The position numbers and the translations under genes were made by a program. A stretch of 64,000 bases of DNA, taken from an uncultured Acidobacteriota bacterium. GTDB lineage: Bacteria > Acidobacteriota > Thermoanaerobaculia > Gp7-AA8. This document shows positions 1 through 9,820 of this stretch, one piece after another. Below the pieces are notes generated by a model. The model did no database searches. It was given only the letters and a program-made list of their open reading frames with translations, and had not been told where the DNA came from. The DNA lies in NCBI GenBank assembly GCA_963741955.1, contig CAVUKB010000005.1:800001-864000 (forward strand). The letters are read 5' to 3'. The first letter of the stretch is position 1. Each line of letters starts with the position of its first letter.

Positions 1-145
1 CGATCACGGCGGGCTCGTTTCCCGACATGTCGTATTGAAAGAGCATCTGCAGAGCGAGCTCGCGAGATTTGCGCCGGGCACCCATGGAAGCGGATCGATC
101 CCCCAACTGAATTCTAACCCGGCACCGCGCCGGAACCGCCGCGGA

Positions 146-610
146 TCACTGGATCGCGCGGAAGACGTTCGCCATCTGAATCGCGGCCAGGGCCGCTTCC
201 CAACCTTTGTTGCTCCCCTTCCTGGCCCGCGCTCTCGCCTGGTCCATCGTGTCACAGGTGATCACTCCGAACGCAACAGGGATGCCGGATTGCGTGGAGA
301 TCCGGCAGAGCTCGGAGGAGACCGCCGAAGAGATGAAGTCGAAATGAGGCGTGTCGCCGCGCACCAGAACCCCGATCGCAATCACTGCATCGACGCTTTT
401 CGTCTCGATGATGCGCTGTGCCGTGGCCGGGAGCTCGAAGGCGCCGGGAACGCGGAAGGCTCGTACGGACTCGGAGCCGGCGCCGTGACGTTCGAGGCAG
501 TCGAGTGCCCCTTCGAAGAGTTTCGTCGCGATCTCGTCATTGAAACGTGCGGCAATGACTGCAAAGCGCAGCCCTTCCGCATTGAGCTCTCCTTCGATTG
601 GTTCTCGCAT
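146..610 (-). CDS. ribH: 6,7-dimethyl-8-ribityllumazine synthase
   Basis: VPGAFELP, AIGVLVRGDTPHFDFI, PVAFGVIT, NKGWEAA motifs. Confidence 0.97.
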   Translation of the reverse strand: MREPIEGELNAEGLRFAVIAARFNDEIATKLFEGALDCLERHGAGSESVRAFRVPGAFELPATAQRIIETKSVDAVIAIGVLVRGDTPHFDFISSAVSSELCRISTQSGIPVAFGVITCDTMDQARARARKGSNKGWEAALAAIQMANVFRAIQ

Positions 611-731
611 CTCGACCCTTCCGGCCGGCGCATTATAGGGGATTTCTCCGCGAGTGCCGCATTTGTCGCCCGGATCCCGTCTCCAATGGCGAAACCGTGG
701 CGGAATCAGGCTCCCGCTCGTGAAGGAACGC

Positions 732-2561
732 TCACTTCGCTGCAGCCTGAAGGATCGTCGGTTCGGTCTCGTCTCCCGCCCGATCGGCGAAGTAGGAGAC
801 GATCCCCTCGTAGATCGCTTTCGCGACTCGCTGGCGGTACTTCCGCGTCTGCATCAGCCGCCGGTCCTCACGATTCCCGAGATTGCACGTCTCGAGCAGC
901 ATGCGCGTCGGCACCAGGTTGTAGCGGATCACCGCCGGGACCCACTCTTTTCCCCTCCGGACGACGTTGTCCCTCACCGGCTGATACGGGTGGACCTTGA
1001 GGTCGTCCTTGCGGAACGCGCTCATGATCGACGAAGCGAGATCGGTAGAAAGTCCCTCCGCACGCAACGCGTCCTGTTCGGAATGGGTGACCGTCGGGTT
1101 CTCGCGAACCTCCGCGCGAGCGAGATAGACATCACCCTTCTTGGTGAAAGTCCCCTGCACGTATCGCTCACCCGGGATGTACGCCATCGCGCCTCGAAGT
1201 GAGGGATGGAGCGAGTCCGCGTGGATCGAGAGGAAGATCACCTTCTCGGGCTCCGTCGACTGGTCGAGCGCCCTGCGGAAGATCGAGTTCGCCAGATACC
1301 AGCGGAGATTCACTCCGACCACCGGATCGTCGAGTCCGTACCGGGGGGTGGTGAGCACCACGTGATCGGTGACCTTCGGCAACACGTCCCGCTCGGCGAT
1401 CTGACAGCCGGTACCGGAGCTCGTGGTCATCCATACCCTTGCGGCACTCTTCTTTTCGAGAAGCGTCTTGACGCGGCACGTGATGTCGTAGACGTAGATC
1501 GACTCCCAGACCCCGTCGTGCGCGGTCCCGACGTCGCGGCCGCCGTGTCCTGCGTCGAGAATGATCCGCACGCCCTGGAGATTCTTCGCCTCTACTTTCC
1601 GCGCCAGGCGTGCGCTCTCCTTCTTCGCCCGATCCCGCTCCAGACGCCGCGGGTCATCGCTCGGGCGGTACTCCGGCGTGAGCAGCTCCATCGGGATCTT
1701 CACTGCATATCCCACCGGGAGCTTCGAGACATCCTGAATCCCGTTGAACGCGACGATCTGGTCCACCACGTCGTAGACGTCCTTCGCGTAGACGCGGCCG
1801 GTGAAGCGGATGCCTACCGACGAGTAGAGCGCCTCTCCCCGTCTGAGCCGGTAGACCGCATAGGGCGAGTCACCGCTCCGATGGTACTCGAGCGAGATCG
1901 GCCCTCCGTCGCTCGTCGCTTCAGCCACCCCCGCGCTCTTCGTGTCCGAATCGGAGGAGCCTGACTGCGGATCGTCTTCCGCGAGCTGGGGACGGGATGG
2001 ATCCGCCGCCGGCATCAGGCCGAGAAACGGTTCGGAGAGGAGCCTCCGCGGAATCACGATCGCATCACCACGCCGGGTGGAAAGGCCTGCCATGTTGTTC
2101 GCAGAGCGGATCGCCGCGTAATTCGCCCCGTCCCCGGTGAACCACTCTGCGATTTTCCAGAGCGACTCCCCCTCCACGTCGGTTCCGGACACCACCTTGT
2201 GCACCCATCCGCGCGATCCCGCCCGGTCGGCCGGAAAGAGGGCAGCGATGGTCTGCTGTTGCAGTGAAGGCTTGAGGAGCGTCAACGGGACGCGGACCGG
2301 GATTCCCGCCAGGAGATTCGGACCCTCTCCGCTCTTCTCCGCAATGGCCTTCCACTGGTCGGCATCGCCGGTCAGACGGAGAGCGAGGCGCGTCCACGCA
2401 TCGCCGCGTTCGGGGGAGACGACGAGGCAGATGTCGAGATTCTCGTCGAGAACCGCGCTCCGGGTCGCATCGAGGGACGCACGGAGCTTGTCGGCGCCGG
2501 CAGCGGGAGCTGCGAGCGCGAGAATCAGAACCAGAGTTGCCAGCCACCTCTTACACACCAC
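732..2561 (-). CDS. Secreted N-acetylmuramoyl-L-alanine amidase (Amidase_3) with LysM-like repeats
   Basis: Signal peptide; ILDAGHGGRDVG, FLSIHADS, LLETCNL motifs; GESLWKIAE LysM-like segment. Confidence 0.85.
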   Translation of the reverse strand: MVCKRWLATLVLILALAAPAAGADKLRASLDATRSAVLDENLDICLVVSPERGDAWTRLALRLTGDADQWKAIAEKSGEGPNLLAGIPVRVPLTLLKPSLQQQTIAALFPADRAGSRGWVHKVVSGTDVEGESLWKIAEWFTGDGANYAAIRSANNMAGLSTRRGDAIVIPRRLLSEPFLGLMPAADPSRPQLAEDDPQSGSSDSDTKSAGVAEATSDGGPISLEYHRSGDSPYAVYRLRRGEALYSSVGIRFTGRVYAKDVYDVVDQIVAFNGIQDVSKLPVGYAVKIPMELLTPEYRPSDDPRRLERDRAKKESARLARKVEAKNLQGVRIILDAGHGGRDVGTAHDGVWESIYVYDITCRVKTLLEKKSAARVWMTTSSGTGCQIAERDVLPKVTDHVVLTTPRYGLDDPVVGVNLRWYLANSIFRRALDQSTEPEKVIFLSIHADSLHPSLRGAMAYIPGERYVQGTFTKKGDVYLARAEVRENPTVTHSEQDALRAEGLSTDLASSIMSAFRKDDLKVHPYQPVRDNVVRRGKEWVPAVIRYNLVPTRMLLETCNLGNREDRRLMQTRKYRQRVAKAIYEGIVSYFADRAGDETEPTILQAAAK

Positions 2562-2878
2562 CCGACCCCCGGCAACGTGAGACAGTTTTCAGTTTGCACC
2601 GGCTGCCCGCCGGCGCCGGGCCGCCGATCATCAGGCGGCCAATTCAGCTCGATTCAGAATAATAACGCGTTTCGCGCTGGAAGTAACGCCGGGGCCGCAG
2701 GAGGAGGACGCCAAAGGCCGTTCCAGGACTCGCGCCCAGAGCGGATTCTCACGCCGTCCCGTCGTCGAGGGTGTGGAACGAGGCGCGCCTGGGAGTCACC
2801 AATCCCCTGCATCCGTTACGGGCACCGACAGCTCGCATGCTCTCGAATTGGCGCTTCCAGCGGTCCGCCGCGGGTCGC

Positions 2879-3109
2879 TCAGGAGCTGCGCGTCTTCTCC
2901 AGCTTATCGAGAATCTCTTTCTCGTCGGGAAAACGCCCTTCATCGTGCTTGGAAAAGATCTTATCGTTGCCGACCACGACGTTGAATACACCGCCACGTC
3001 CCTGGATCAGCTCCGGTTCGACCCCGAATTTCTTCTTGATCTCGGCCGCCAGACTGGAGGCTCTCGGAAGATAATTTCAAACTACGCAGTATTCGATCTG
3101 AATGTCCAA
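2879..3109 (-). CDS. SelW/SelT/SelH (Rdx family) selenoprotein, CxxU, 76 aa; not in ORF track
   Basis: GGAGG then TTG start; reads MDIQIEYCVV-U(TGA at 3077-3079)-NYLPRASSLAAEIKKKFGVEPELIQGRGGVFNVVVGNDKIFSKHDEGRFPDEKEILDKL; IEYCxxU, GGVFxV and GRFP are Rdx hallmarks. Confidence 0.88.
3027..3076 (-). promoter_or_regulatory. Candidate bacterial SECIS element directly 3' of the Sec UGA
   Basis: Minus strand AATTATCTTC...GCCTCCA-GTC-TGGCGGC...GAAGAAATT folds into a hairpin with a G-U-starting apical loop 22 nt after UGA. Confidence 0.65.
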
Positions 3110-3149
3110 TCCAGCACCTCCAGGTGATATGTCCGGGCGTCCGGCCAGC

Positions 3150-3914
3150 TCACAACGTCCGGATGAGAATCGCGGTGACATTGTCGTATCCGCCGCGCTC
3201 GTTCGCCGTCGCCACCAGCGTGCGGCAGGCCTCTTCGACGTCCTCGCTCTCGGTGACGATGCGGAAGATGGACTCCTCGGGGACCATCCCCGTCAGGCCA
3301 TCCGAACAGAGCAGATACGAATCTCCGGCCTCACACGTGATCTCGCTCGCGTCCGGCACCACCGTCAGCGCGCCGCCGAGAGCCCTGGTGATGACGTTGC
3401 GAAGCGGATGCCTTTCGGCCTCCGTCTCGGTCATCATCCCCGCCTGCACCTGTTCGAAGACCCAGGAATGGTCGTTCGTGATCCGGCGCAGCTGGCCGCC
3501 GCGTACCAGATAGGCCCTCGAATCGCCGACATGCGCGACCGAGATCACGTCGCCTTCGATCAGCGACGCGACCACGGTGGTTCCCATTCCCCGCAGGCGC
3601 GAGTCTTTCCGCATCGCGTCGAGCACGCGGGTGTTGGCCATCTTCAGCGCTGCGGTGAGCCTGTTCGTCGAACGCTTGTAGTGCTCGTCGTAGGCGTGCG
3701 GCCACGTGCCGTCATCTTCCTCGGTGTGGTCGATGAACTCGGCGATGGTATCGACCGCGATCCGCGAAGCGATCTCTCCCGCCGCATGCCCACCCATTCC
3801 ATCTGCTACCAGATAGAGATTCGCCTCGGTATCGATCAGGAAAGCGTCTTCATTGTGCTGACGCTGCCGGCCGACATCCGTGAGACCGAACGCTTTGATC
3901 TGCATCCGTATCAT
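3150..3914 (-). CDS. PP2C-family Ser/Thr protein phosphatase (Stp1/PrpC-like)
   Basis: TDVGRQRQHNED, VADGMGGH, HVGDSRAY, LLCSDGL, GGYDNVT. Confidence 0.95.
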   Translation of the reverse strand: MIRMQIKAFGLTDVGRQRQHNEDAFLIDTEANLYLVADGMGGHAAGEIASRIAVDTIAEFIDHTEEDDGTWPHAYDEHYKRSTNRLTAALKMANTRVLDAMRKDSRLRGMGTTVVASLIEGDVISVAHVGDSRAYLVRGGQLRRITNDHSWVFEQVQAGMMTETEAERHPLRNVITRALGGALTVVPDASEITCEAGDSYLLCSDGLTGMVPEESIFRIVTESEDVEEACRTLVATANERGGYDNVTAILIRTL

Positions 3915-4573
3915 CCCTTTTTGAAAAGGGAGTCCAGCAACCCTTTTCCCGACTCTTTCGGCTCGCGACCCTGCCGCAGCTCCTGCAGTGCCGCCTGGAT
4001 CTCAGCGTTCTCTGCGTCCCATTTGAGAGCTTCTTCGAAGTACCGCTCCGCTTTGGCAACCAGACCCGCACGTTTGCACAGAAGCCCGGCATCCTTGAGG
4101 TAGACCGGGTTGTACGGCTCCTTCTGAACCGCGGATTCGATCGCCTGGACTGCCTGTCGCATCCGGGAGGGGATTTTCGCACATGCGAGGGCCAGGTAGT
4201 GATAAGCCTTTCCGTCGGCCGGATTGTGCTTGACCGCCATGTCGAAATTGTCGCAGGCGCTGGCGAAGTCGCCTTCCTTGTACGCCTTCACTCCGATTGC
4301 GACGTAGGCTCTCGCGACCTGAGCCGGATCGCTGGTGGTCGTGCGCGCTCCGGGGCCCTGGAGCTCCGAATCGTGCTGCTTGCGGCGGTTCGGGTTCGTC
4401 AGCACGTTGACCGCTTCGGTCAGCGTCTGGAAACGCCGCTCGGCTTCTTCTTTGTCCGGGCCCTTGTAACGGTCAGGGTGCTGTTCCCGGGCCAGACGCC
4501 GGAACTTCTCCCGGATCTCGGCCTCCGTCGCTGTCCGCTCCACTCCCAGAACTTCGTAGTAGTTGACTCTCAT
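3911..4573 (-). CDS. J-domain (DnaJ-like) protein with TPR repeats
   Basis: NYYEVLGV...HPD motif followed by TPR-like helices. Confidence 0.9.
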   Translation of the reverse strand: MRVNYYEVLGVERTATEAEIREKFRRLAREQHPDRYKGPDKEEAERRFQTLTEAVNVLTNPNRRKQHDSELQGPGARTTTSDPAQVARAYVAIGVKAYKEGDFASACDNFDMAVKHNPADGKAYHYLALACAKIPSRMRQAVQAIESAVQKEPYNPVYLKDAGLLCKRAGLVAKAERYFEEALKWDAENAEIQAALQELRQGREPKESGKGLLDSLFKKG

Positions 4574-5668
4574 CTATTTCTGGCTTCGCGCGCCCCAGAG
4601 CTTTCGGGCCGAGGTCCGGACCGTCTCCGAGACGTTTCGATCTCCGCTCAGACTCTTCAGGTCCTTTAAGGTTAGCCGATTGATCAGAGGAAGGACAACA
4701 CCTATCGGCGTCTTGGGGTTCCGGACCAGGTTGATCATGATCGGATATTTCCGTACCCAGTCCCGATTCGCCGAGATGAGCCGGAGCACCTCGTCCTCCA
4801 CGCTCCTCATCGCTGCGAACGCCTCGATCTCCGATTCGGTCACTTTCGGGCTGCGAATCACCGCCGAGCAGACGAGCTTATTGTGCTCACGGACCAGGAT
4901 CGAACGCTCTGTACGGTCGCCCTTGAACGCGCACTGCACTTTCTCGGAAACATTCATGTTCAGAATGCGGACCCATACCGTTTCATCTTCGTCCGGAGGC
5001 GGCTCGAGGTCTCTGACCGGATTCTCCTCATCCTGTTCCGCGGCCAGGGCCAGCAGCTCGGCGAGCTCCTTCTCCTGCGCTGCGGTCAGTGCCTCCTCTT
5101 CCTCGAGCCTGACCCGTTCGGCCGCCGCCTTCTCTGCGGCCTCCCGCTTTTCGAAGAACTCCTCGCGCGCTTCTCCCACCCGCCGGCGCACATCTGCCGA
5201 GAGGTTCGGATTCCCGAGGAGTGCTTCGATGATCTCGGGAGCGCGGATGATCCGGGCCTGATTGATCACGACCACGTCCTGCAGGTGAGAATCGACCCGG
5301 CGAGCGAGCTCGATGATGGTCGCATCGCTGGTCGAACGGTTTCGGAGGATCGCCTCGAGGACGGTCGGGTCGTTCTGCACCGCGGCCAACCGGCCGAGCA
5401 GCTCCGGATCGGAGTCTTCGTTCCGCGCGAATGAAAGGACCACCCGCAGGGGAAGCTCGGCGAGCGTCTGCGCGGCGGTAGCCGCGATGTCCTTATCGCC
5501 GTAGCCGGAGAGATAGATCAGGACCGCAACCAGTTCTTCCTGCGGGAGAGGCAGAAATCCCTGCGAGGCGAAATGGATGAATTCCCGCGCCGCCTCCCCT
5601 TTCGCGATCTTCTCGATCAGGGATCGGGCGTCAAACTGTTCAGAGGGGGCTCCGCTCATCGGATCCAT
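4574..5668 (-). CDS. Conserved hypothetical helical-repeat protein
   Basis: Long ORF inside operon; NPxTP repeats; C-terminus aligns with 6527-7291. Confidence 0.8.
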   Translation of the reverse strand: MDPMSGAPSEQFDARSLIEKIAKGEAAREFIHFASQGFLPLPQEELVAVLIYLSGYGDKDIAATAAQTLAELPLRVVLSFARNEDSDPELLGRLAAVQNDPTVLEAILRNRSTSDATIIELARRVDSHLQDVVVINQARIIRAPEIIEALLGNPNLSADVRRRVGEAREEFFEKREAAEKAAAERVRLEEEEALTAAQEKELAELLALAAEQDEENPVRDLEPPPDEDETVWVRILNMNVSEKVQCAFKGDRTERSILVREHNKLVCSAVIRSPKVTESEIEAFAAMRSVEDEVLRLISANRDWVRKYPIMINLVRNPKTPIGVVLPLINRLTLKDLKSLSGDRNVSETVRTSARKLWGARSQK

Positions 5669-6500
5669 TCTTCTGTTCGAGCCGCTGAAGCGTCTGCCGG
5701 TCGAACACTTTGTCTTTCAAAACCTGACCGCTTTCACCAAGAGACGGGAGGCGAACACCGTTCAGAGTCAGTTCGAGCCCCCCAGCATTCCCGATGGTCT
5801 CGAATCGGAAATCGCGCGAGGCCTCGAACTTCCGCTCTTCACCCTTCTTGAGGACGTCGCTGATCCGCCGTTCACCATCCGCGTCGAGCGTGATCCAGCT
5901 GTCTTCCACCGCCTTCACGACCAGTGTCAACGTTTTCTGCCGTGTGGCCGGCGCTACGGCCGTCGACGGCGTGACCGGCTGCCGCGCCACCTCGTGGGTC
6001 GAGGATCGACTCTCCGTCACCGGTGTTTTCGGCCGGGGCCCTTTCCCTTCTCCGCGTCCCGAGATGTACCACAGCCCCAACCCCAGAATCACCACCGCGA
6101 CGACCACGGCGATCGTCGTCCAGAGCCCGCGATTGGAAGGAGCGGACTGGGAGATCACTTTCCCGTGGGCGCCCGTTCCCCTGTGCGGACTCGGCGCTTC
6201 CGCTTCTTCCTTCTCCACTGCAGCTTCCGCGATCTCCGAGTACCGGTCGACCAGATCTTCCGGATCGAGCCCGAGGTAGCGAGCGTATTCGCGGATGAAT
6301 CCGCGAGTGAAGACCGGGGCCGGGAGGGTCTTCAGATTTCCTTTCTCGATCGCTTCGAGGAAACGGGTGCTGATCTTCGTGGCATCGGCGATCTCCTTCA
6401 ATCCGATCCCGCGGATCTCGCGTTGCTTGCGCAGTTCTTCCCCTAACGAGATGGGGGCGGAATCCTGTCGATCATCGATTTCATCCATCAGCTCAGGCAT
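5640..6500 (-). CDS. RodZ-like protein (HTH, TM helix, C-terminal DUF4115-like domain)
   Basis: LGEELRKQRE...TKISTRFLEAIEKG...FTRGFIREYARYLGLD; IGNAGGLELTLNG; start estimated. Confidence 0.85.
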   Translation of the reverse strand: MPELMDEIDDRQDSAPISLGEELRKQREIRGIGLKEIADATKISTRFLEAIEKGNLKTLPAPVFTRGFIREYARYLGLDPEDLVDRYSEIAEAAVEKEEAEAPSPHRGTGAHGKVISQSAPSNRGLWTTIAVVVAVVILGLGLWYISGRGEGKGPRPKTPVTESRSSTHEVARQPVTPSTAVAPATRQKTLTLVVKAVEDSWITLDADGERRISDVLKKGEERKFEASRDFRFETIGNAGGLELTLNGVRLPSLGESGQVLKDKVFDRQTLQRLEQKNGSDERSPL

Positions 6501-6526
6501 TCTACTCAATTTGACGTTTTGTTGAA

Positions 6527-7291
6527 TCAGAGCCCGGTCGCGCTCCGCTTCGCCGGATGGCTCTGCAGGTTCTCGATGCAGCGGCGCAGGTAGAGGGAGA
6601 GACGGCGGTCTCTCGAGAGATCCCGCAGGAGAGAGATCGGCATTCTCCGCAGCTGGGAGGCCGCCACCGCCTTCGGCGTGCGTGGGTTGAGAACCAGGGC
6701 ACGTCTGATCTCGTTTCGAGAGCTCCACTTCGCATTCTCGCCGATCATCGTCAGCTGATCGACGGAGGCTTTGCCTGAATTGATCAGGCGCACCAGATCG
6801 GCCTCCACCAGGCGCGGATTGATCAGCACCGAAGCGAAGATCCGGCGGTCTTGCTCGAACAGCAGAACGTTGAGAATGGTCTGGCTGCAGAGGCGGCCGA
6901 TGGAGATCTTCTCTCCCGACGTCATTTTCTGGAGCCGCACGAGCAGCTGTTCGTCCATCGCTCTCCGCACCATCGGAGGGATTCTCACGTCGATCGAGAG
7001 GCGCACCAGGTCCGACCAGTAGAGGTGCGGGACGAATCGAAGCGAATGCGGCGGCGGAGTATGGCGGTGCCGCACCAGCTGAAGCTGCACCGAATAGAAC
7101 GAGGTGAGCGCCCTCGCACCGGCGATCAACTCGCAGACCGCCCGGTTGGAGTACGGATTCCGCAGGACCGCGATCGCCTCGCTCTCGGTCAGCTTCGCGA
7201 TCCGGTCGCGCACGAGCTCTTCGAGCTCTTCCCGGCCCAGGCGCTGGATCGTCGTCAGCCCCGGCTCTTCGGCGTGGTCCCGGCGCTCCAT
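6527..7291 (-). CDS. Conserved hypothetical helical-repeat protein, paralogue of 4574-5668
   Basis: ALVLNPRTP...LSRDRRLS matches NLVRNPKTP...LSGDRNVS; start estimated. Confidence 0.75.
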   Translation of the reverse strand: MERRDHAEEPGLTTIQRLGREELEELVRDRIAKLTESEAIAVLRNPYSNRAVCELIAGARALTSFYSVQLQLVRHRHTPPPHSLRFVPHLYWSDLVRLSIDVRIPPMVRRAMDEQLLVRLQKMTSGEKISIGRLCSQTILNVLLFEQDRRIFASVLINPRLVEADLVRLINSGKASVDQLTMIGENAKWSSRNEIRRALVLNPRTPKAVAASQLRRMPISLLRDLSRDRRLSLYLRRCIENLQSHPAKRSATGL

Positions 7292-7358
7292 GAAGACAAT
7301 CAACGGAGTGATGCCGGAGTGTATTGCAGAAGAAGCATCTGAGATTGAGGGGTCTTTA

Positions 7359-7379
7359 ACCCGCATTTCTCACACCATC
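7359..7379 (+). repeat. Isolated left end of MITE family B
   Basis: CCCGCATTTCTCACACCATC identical to the start of 14748-14926. Confidence 0.6.
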
Positions 7380-7538
7380 GCGGCTCGCGGGGTCGGGGGT
7401 CGGGGAAGTGCACCGTCCATTGGATCGTACGACCCGAGCTCAGACCTCAGATCCGAGATCCCCCGTCCAACATCCGCCTTGCGACATGCCGCCTCTCATT
7501 TCCCCGACGCCCGACCCCCGATCCCCAACCCCTGGTCT

Positions 7539-7710
7539 TCGATCCTCGATCCTCGATGTCTTTCAGATCCACGATCCTCGATCCTCGATCCTCGATGTCT
7601 TTCAGATCCTCGATCCTCGATCCTCGATGTCTTTCAGATCTTCGATCCTCGATCCTCGATCCTCGATCCTCGATGTCTTTCAGATCTTCGATCCTCGATC
7701 CTCAGATGCC
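7539..7710. repeat. Higher-order heptamer tandem array (TCGATCC)n punctuated by TCGATGTCTTTCAGATC(C/T)
   Basis: Four 18-nt modules separated by 2-4 heptamers, read directly. Confidence 0.95.
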
Positions 7711-7711
7711 T

Positions 7712-8581
7712 CTACTCCTGTCTCACCTGGGCGTGGCCGAGGACTGCCACCAGTGCGACCCCTCCGACGATGTTCCCTGCGAGTGTCGGCCCCGCGTAAT
7801 TCAGGAGATATTCGCTCCACGAGATCGCTCCGGATGCCAGCAGATACATCACCGAGACCGACCCTGCGATGATGTGGTTGAATCCCCCCAGTCCGACCAG
7901 ATACGTGATGATCACGATCACCCCGACCCGCGCGGTATCGGCATACGGGAGAAGCCACACCATCAGTGCGATCAGCCACCCGGCGAAGATCGCGCTCAGA
8001 AACGCGGTGCTGGGACGCAGGCTCAGCGCGGCGCGTGCGATCTCCACGAACGCGGTATTGACGTCAGGGTCGAACAGCTCCGTCCGGCTGAGGACGACGG
8101 CGAAGATCATCGCGCCGAGGAGATTCGCGAAGAGGACGATCGCCCAGAGCCTGGCCACTCCGGTCAGAGTGTTCAGCTTCCTTTCCTCGAGAAGCGGCAG
8201 GATGGCCGTGAGCGTTTTCTCCGTGAAGAGCTGCTGCCGTCCGAGAATCACGATCAGGAATCCAACGCTGTATCCGAGCTTGGTCAGCAGCGGCGTCCAC
8301 TCCGCATCCGGAAGATGGCTCTTCAGCAGCCCTTCCGCCACCAGCGAGAAGCCCATCGAAAGCCCCGCCGCGAACCCCGAATACGCGAGGGACGCCGAGG
8401 GACGCCGGAGCTCTTCCTCACCCTCGGAGAGAATCGCCGCGTGAACCACGTGAGCGCGAAGCGCCGTCCGCTTCCTCGCTTCCACTTTCTCGGAAGGATT
8501 GAGACTCTCGTTCGAGAGCCTCTCCTCCTTTTCTTCCGGCTCCGGCGCTTTCTCTTTCTTTTTCCGGCTTTGGGTCGCCAA
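7712..8581 (-). CDS. Formate/nitrite transporter (FNT) family protein
   Basis: GFAAGLSMGFS, GRQQLFTE, AIFAGWLIALMVW, HIIAGS, GNIVGG. Confidence 0.9.
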   Translation of the reverse strand: MATQSRKKKEKAPEPEEKEERLSNESLNPSEKVEARKRTALRAHVVHAAILSEGEEELRRPSASLAYSGFAAGLSMGFSLVAEGLLKSHLPDAEWTPLLTKLGYSVGFLIVILGRQQLFTEKTLTAILPLLEERKLNTLTGVARLWAIVLFANLLGAMIFAVVLSRTELFDPDVNTAFVEIARAALSLRPSTAFLSAIFAGWLIALMVWLLPYADTARVGVIVIITYLVGLGGFNHIIAGSVSVMYLLASGAISWSEYLLNYAGPTLAGNIVGGVALVAVLGHAQVRQE

Positions 8582-8658
8582 CTCTCGTCCTCCGGGAATC
8601 CGCTGCGGAGAACGGCAGGGATCCCGGCGAGGTCAACGGCAAAGGCGATGCCATCCGG

Positions 8659-9693
8659 TCAATCGCGCCCCGCGGATGCACGGTCCGGAATGGAGTAGTA
8701 CGAGCGGTACCATTCGACGAAGCGCTCGATCCCGACTTCGATCGGGGTCTCCGGATGGAAGCCGACGTCGCGGGTCAGATCGTCCACGTCGGCCCATGTG
8801 GCCGGTACGTCGCCGGGCTGCATCGGAAGCATGTTGAGCTTCGCCGGAATGCCGAGTTTCTGCTCCAGAGTCCGGATGAACTTCGTCAGCTCCACCGGCT
8901 GATGATTCCCGATGTTGTAGATGCGGTACGGAGCGTTGCTGGTGCCGGGATCGGGAGCATCGCTCGTCCAGGCCGGATTCGGACCGGGAATGTGATCGAT
9001 GACCCGGACCACTCCCTCCACGATGTCGTCGACGTAGGTGAAGTCGCGCCGCATCTTTCCGTGATTGAAGACGTCGATCGGCCGACCCTCCAGGATCGCC
9101 TTGGTGAAGAGGAAGAGAGCCATGTCCGGTCGGCCCCACGGGCCGTACACGGTGAAGAAACGGAGCCCGGTCACCGGAAGCCGGTAGAGATGGCTGTAGG
9201 TGTGGGCCATCAGCTCGTTCGCCTTCTTGCTCGCGGCGTAAAGGCTCACCGGATGGTCGACGTTGTCGTGCACCGAGAACGGCATCTTCGTGTTGGCGCC
9301 GTAGACGGAGCTGGAAGAGGCGAACACCAGGTGCTTGACGTCGTTGTGCCGGCACCCCTCGAGGATGTTCATGAAGCCGACGAGGTTGCTCTCGACGTAG
9401 GCGTACGGATTCTGCAGCGAGTAGCGCACTCCCGCCTGAGCGGCGAGATTGACCACCACGTCGGGCCGCTCCTGCCGGAAAAGGGCGAGCATCCGCTCAC
9501 GGTCCGCAATCTCCAGACGCTGAAACGCGAATCCCGAACGTGCTTCCAGCCGGGAAAGCCTCGCTTCCTTCAGCGACGGATCGTAGTAGTCGTTCAGATT
9601 GTCGATTCCGACCACTTCGTCGCCCCGTTCGAGGAGGCGATTGACGAGGTGGAATCCGATGAATCCGGCGGCGCCGGTCACGAGAAGCTTCAT
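8659..9693 (-). CDS. NAD-dependent epimerase (UDP-glucuronate 4-epimerase-like)
   Basis: [41 protein letters not shown]. Confidence 0.95.
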   Translation of the reverse strand: MKLLVTGAAGFIGFHLVNRLLERGDEVVGIDNLNDYYDPSLKEARLSRLEARSGFAFQRLEIADRERMLALFRQERPDVVVNLAAQAGVRYSLQNPYAYVESNLVGFMNILEGCRHNDVKHLVFASSSSVYGANTKMPFSVHDNVDHPVSLYAASKKANELMAHTYSHLYRLPVTGLRFFTVYGPWGRPDMALFLFTKAILEGRPIDVFNHGKMRRDFTYVDDIVEGVVRVIDHIPGPNPAWTSDAPDPGTSNAPYRIYNIGNHQPVELTKFIRTLEQKLGIPAKLNMLPMQPGDVPATWADVDDLTRDVGFHPETPIEVGIERFVEWYRSYYSIPDRASAGRD

Positions 9694-9820
9694 CCGAGTG
9701 CTCCTCTCCTTCTGCGGTGGGCTCTGTTGCGGCACGAAGAATACCTCAGCGAGGCGGCGGGCGAAACCCGCGGAACTCTCGATTCCGATTCGAGAGGCGA
9801 CCTGCGACTCGCCTTCTCAG

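Noticed and set aside
2749-2997. 82-aa minus-strand ORF from the track
   Set aside because: Wrong frame; the Rdx selenoprotein frame (2879-3109) explains the region.
7539-7710. CRISPR array (regularly spaced 18-nt repeat)
   Set aside because: The intervening sequences are copies of one heptamer rather than unique spacers, and no cas genes are in the window.
7104-8698. Plus-strand ORFs with SSILDPR / RSSMSF repeats
   Set aside because: They are translations of the DNA heptamer array and antisense shadows of the FNT gene.
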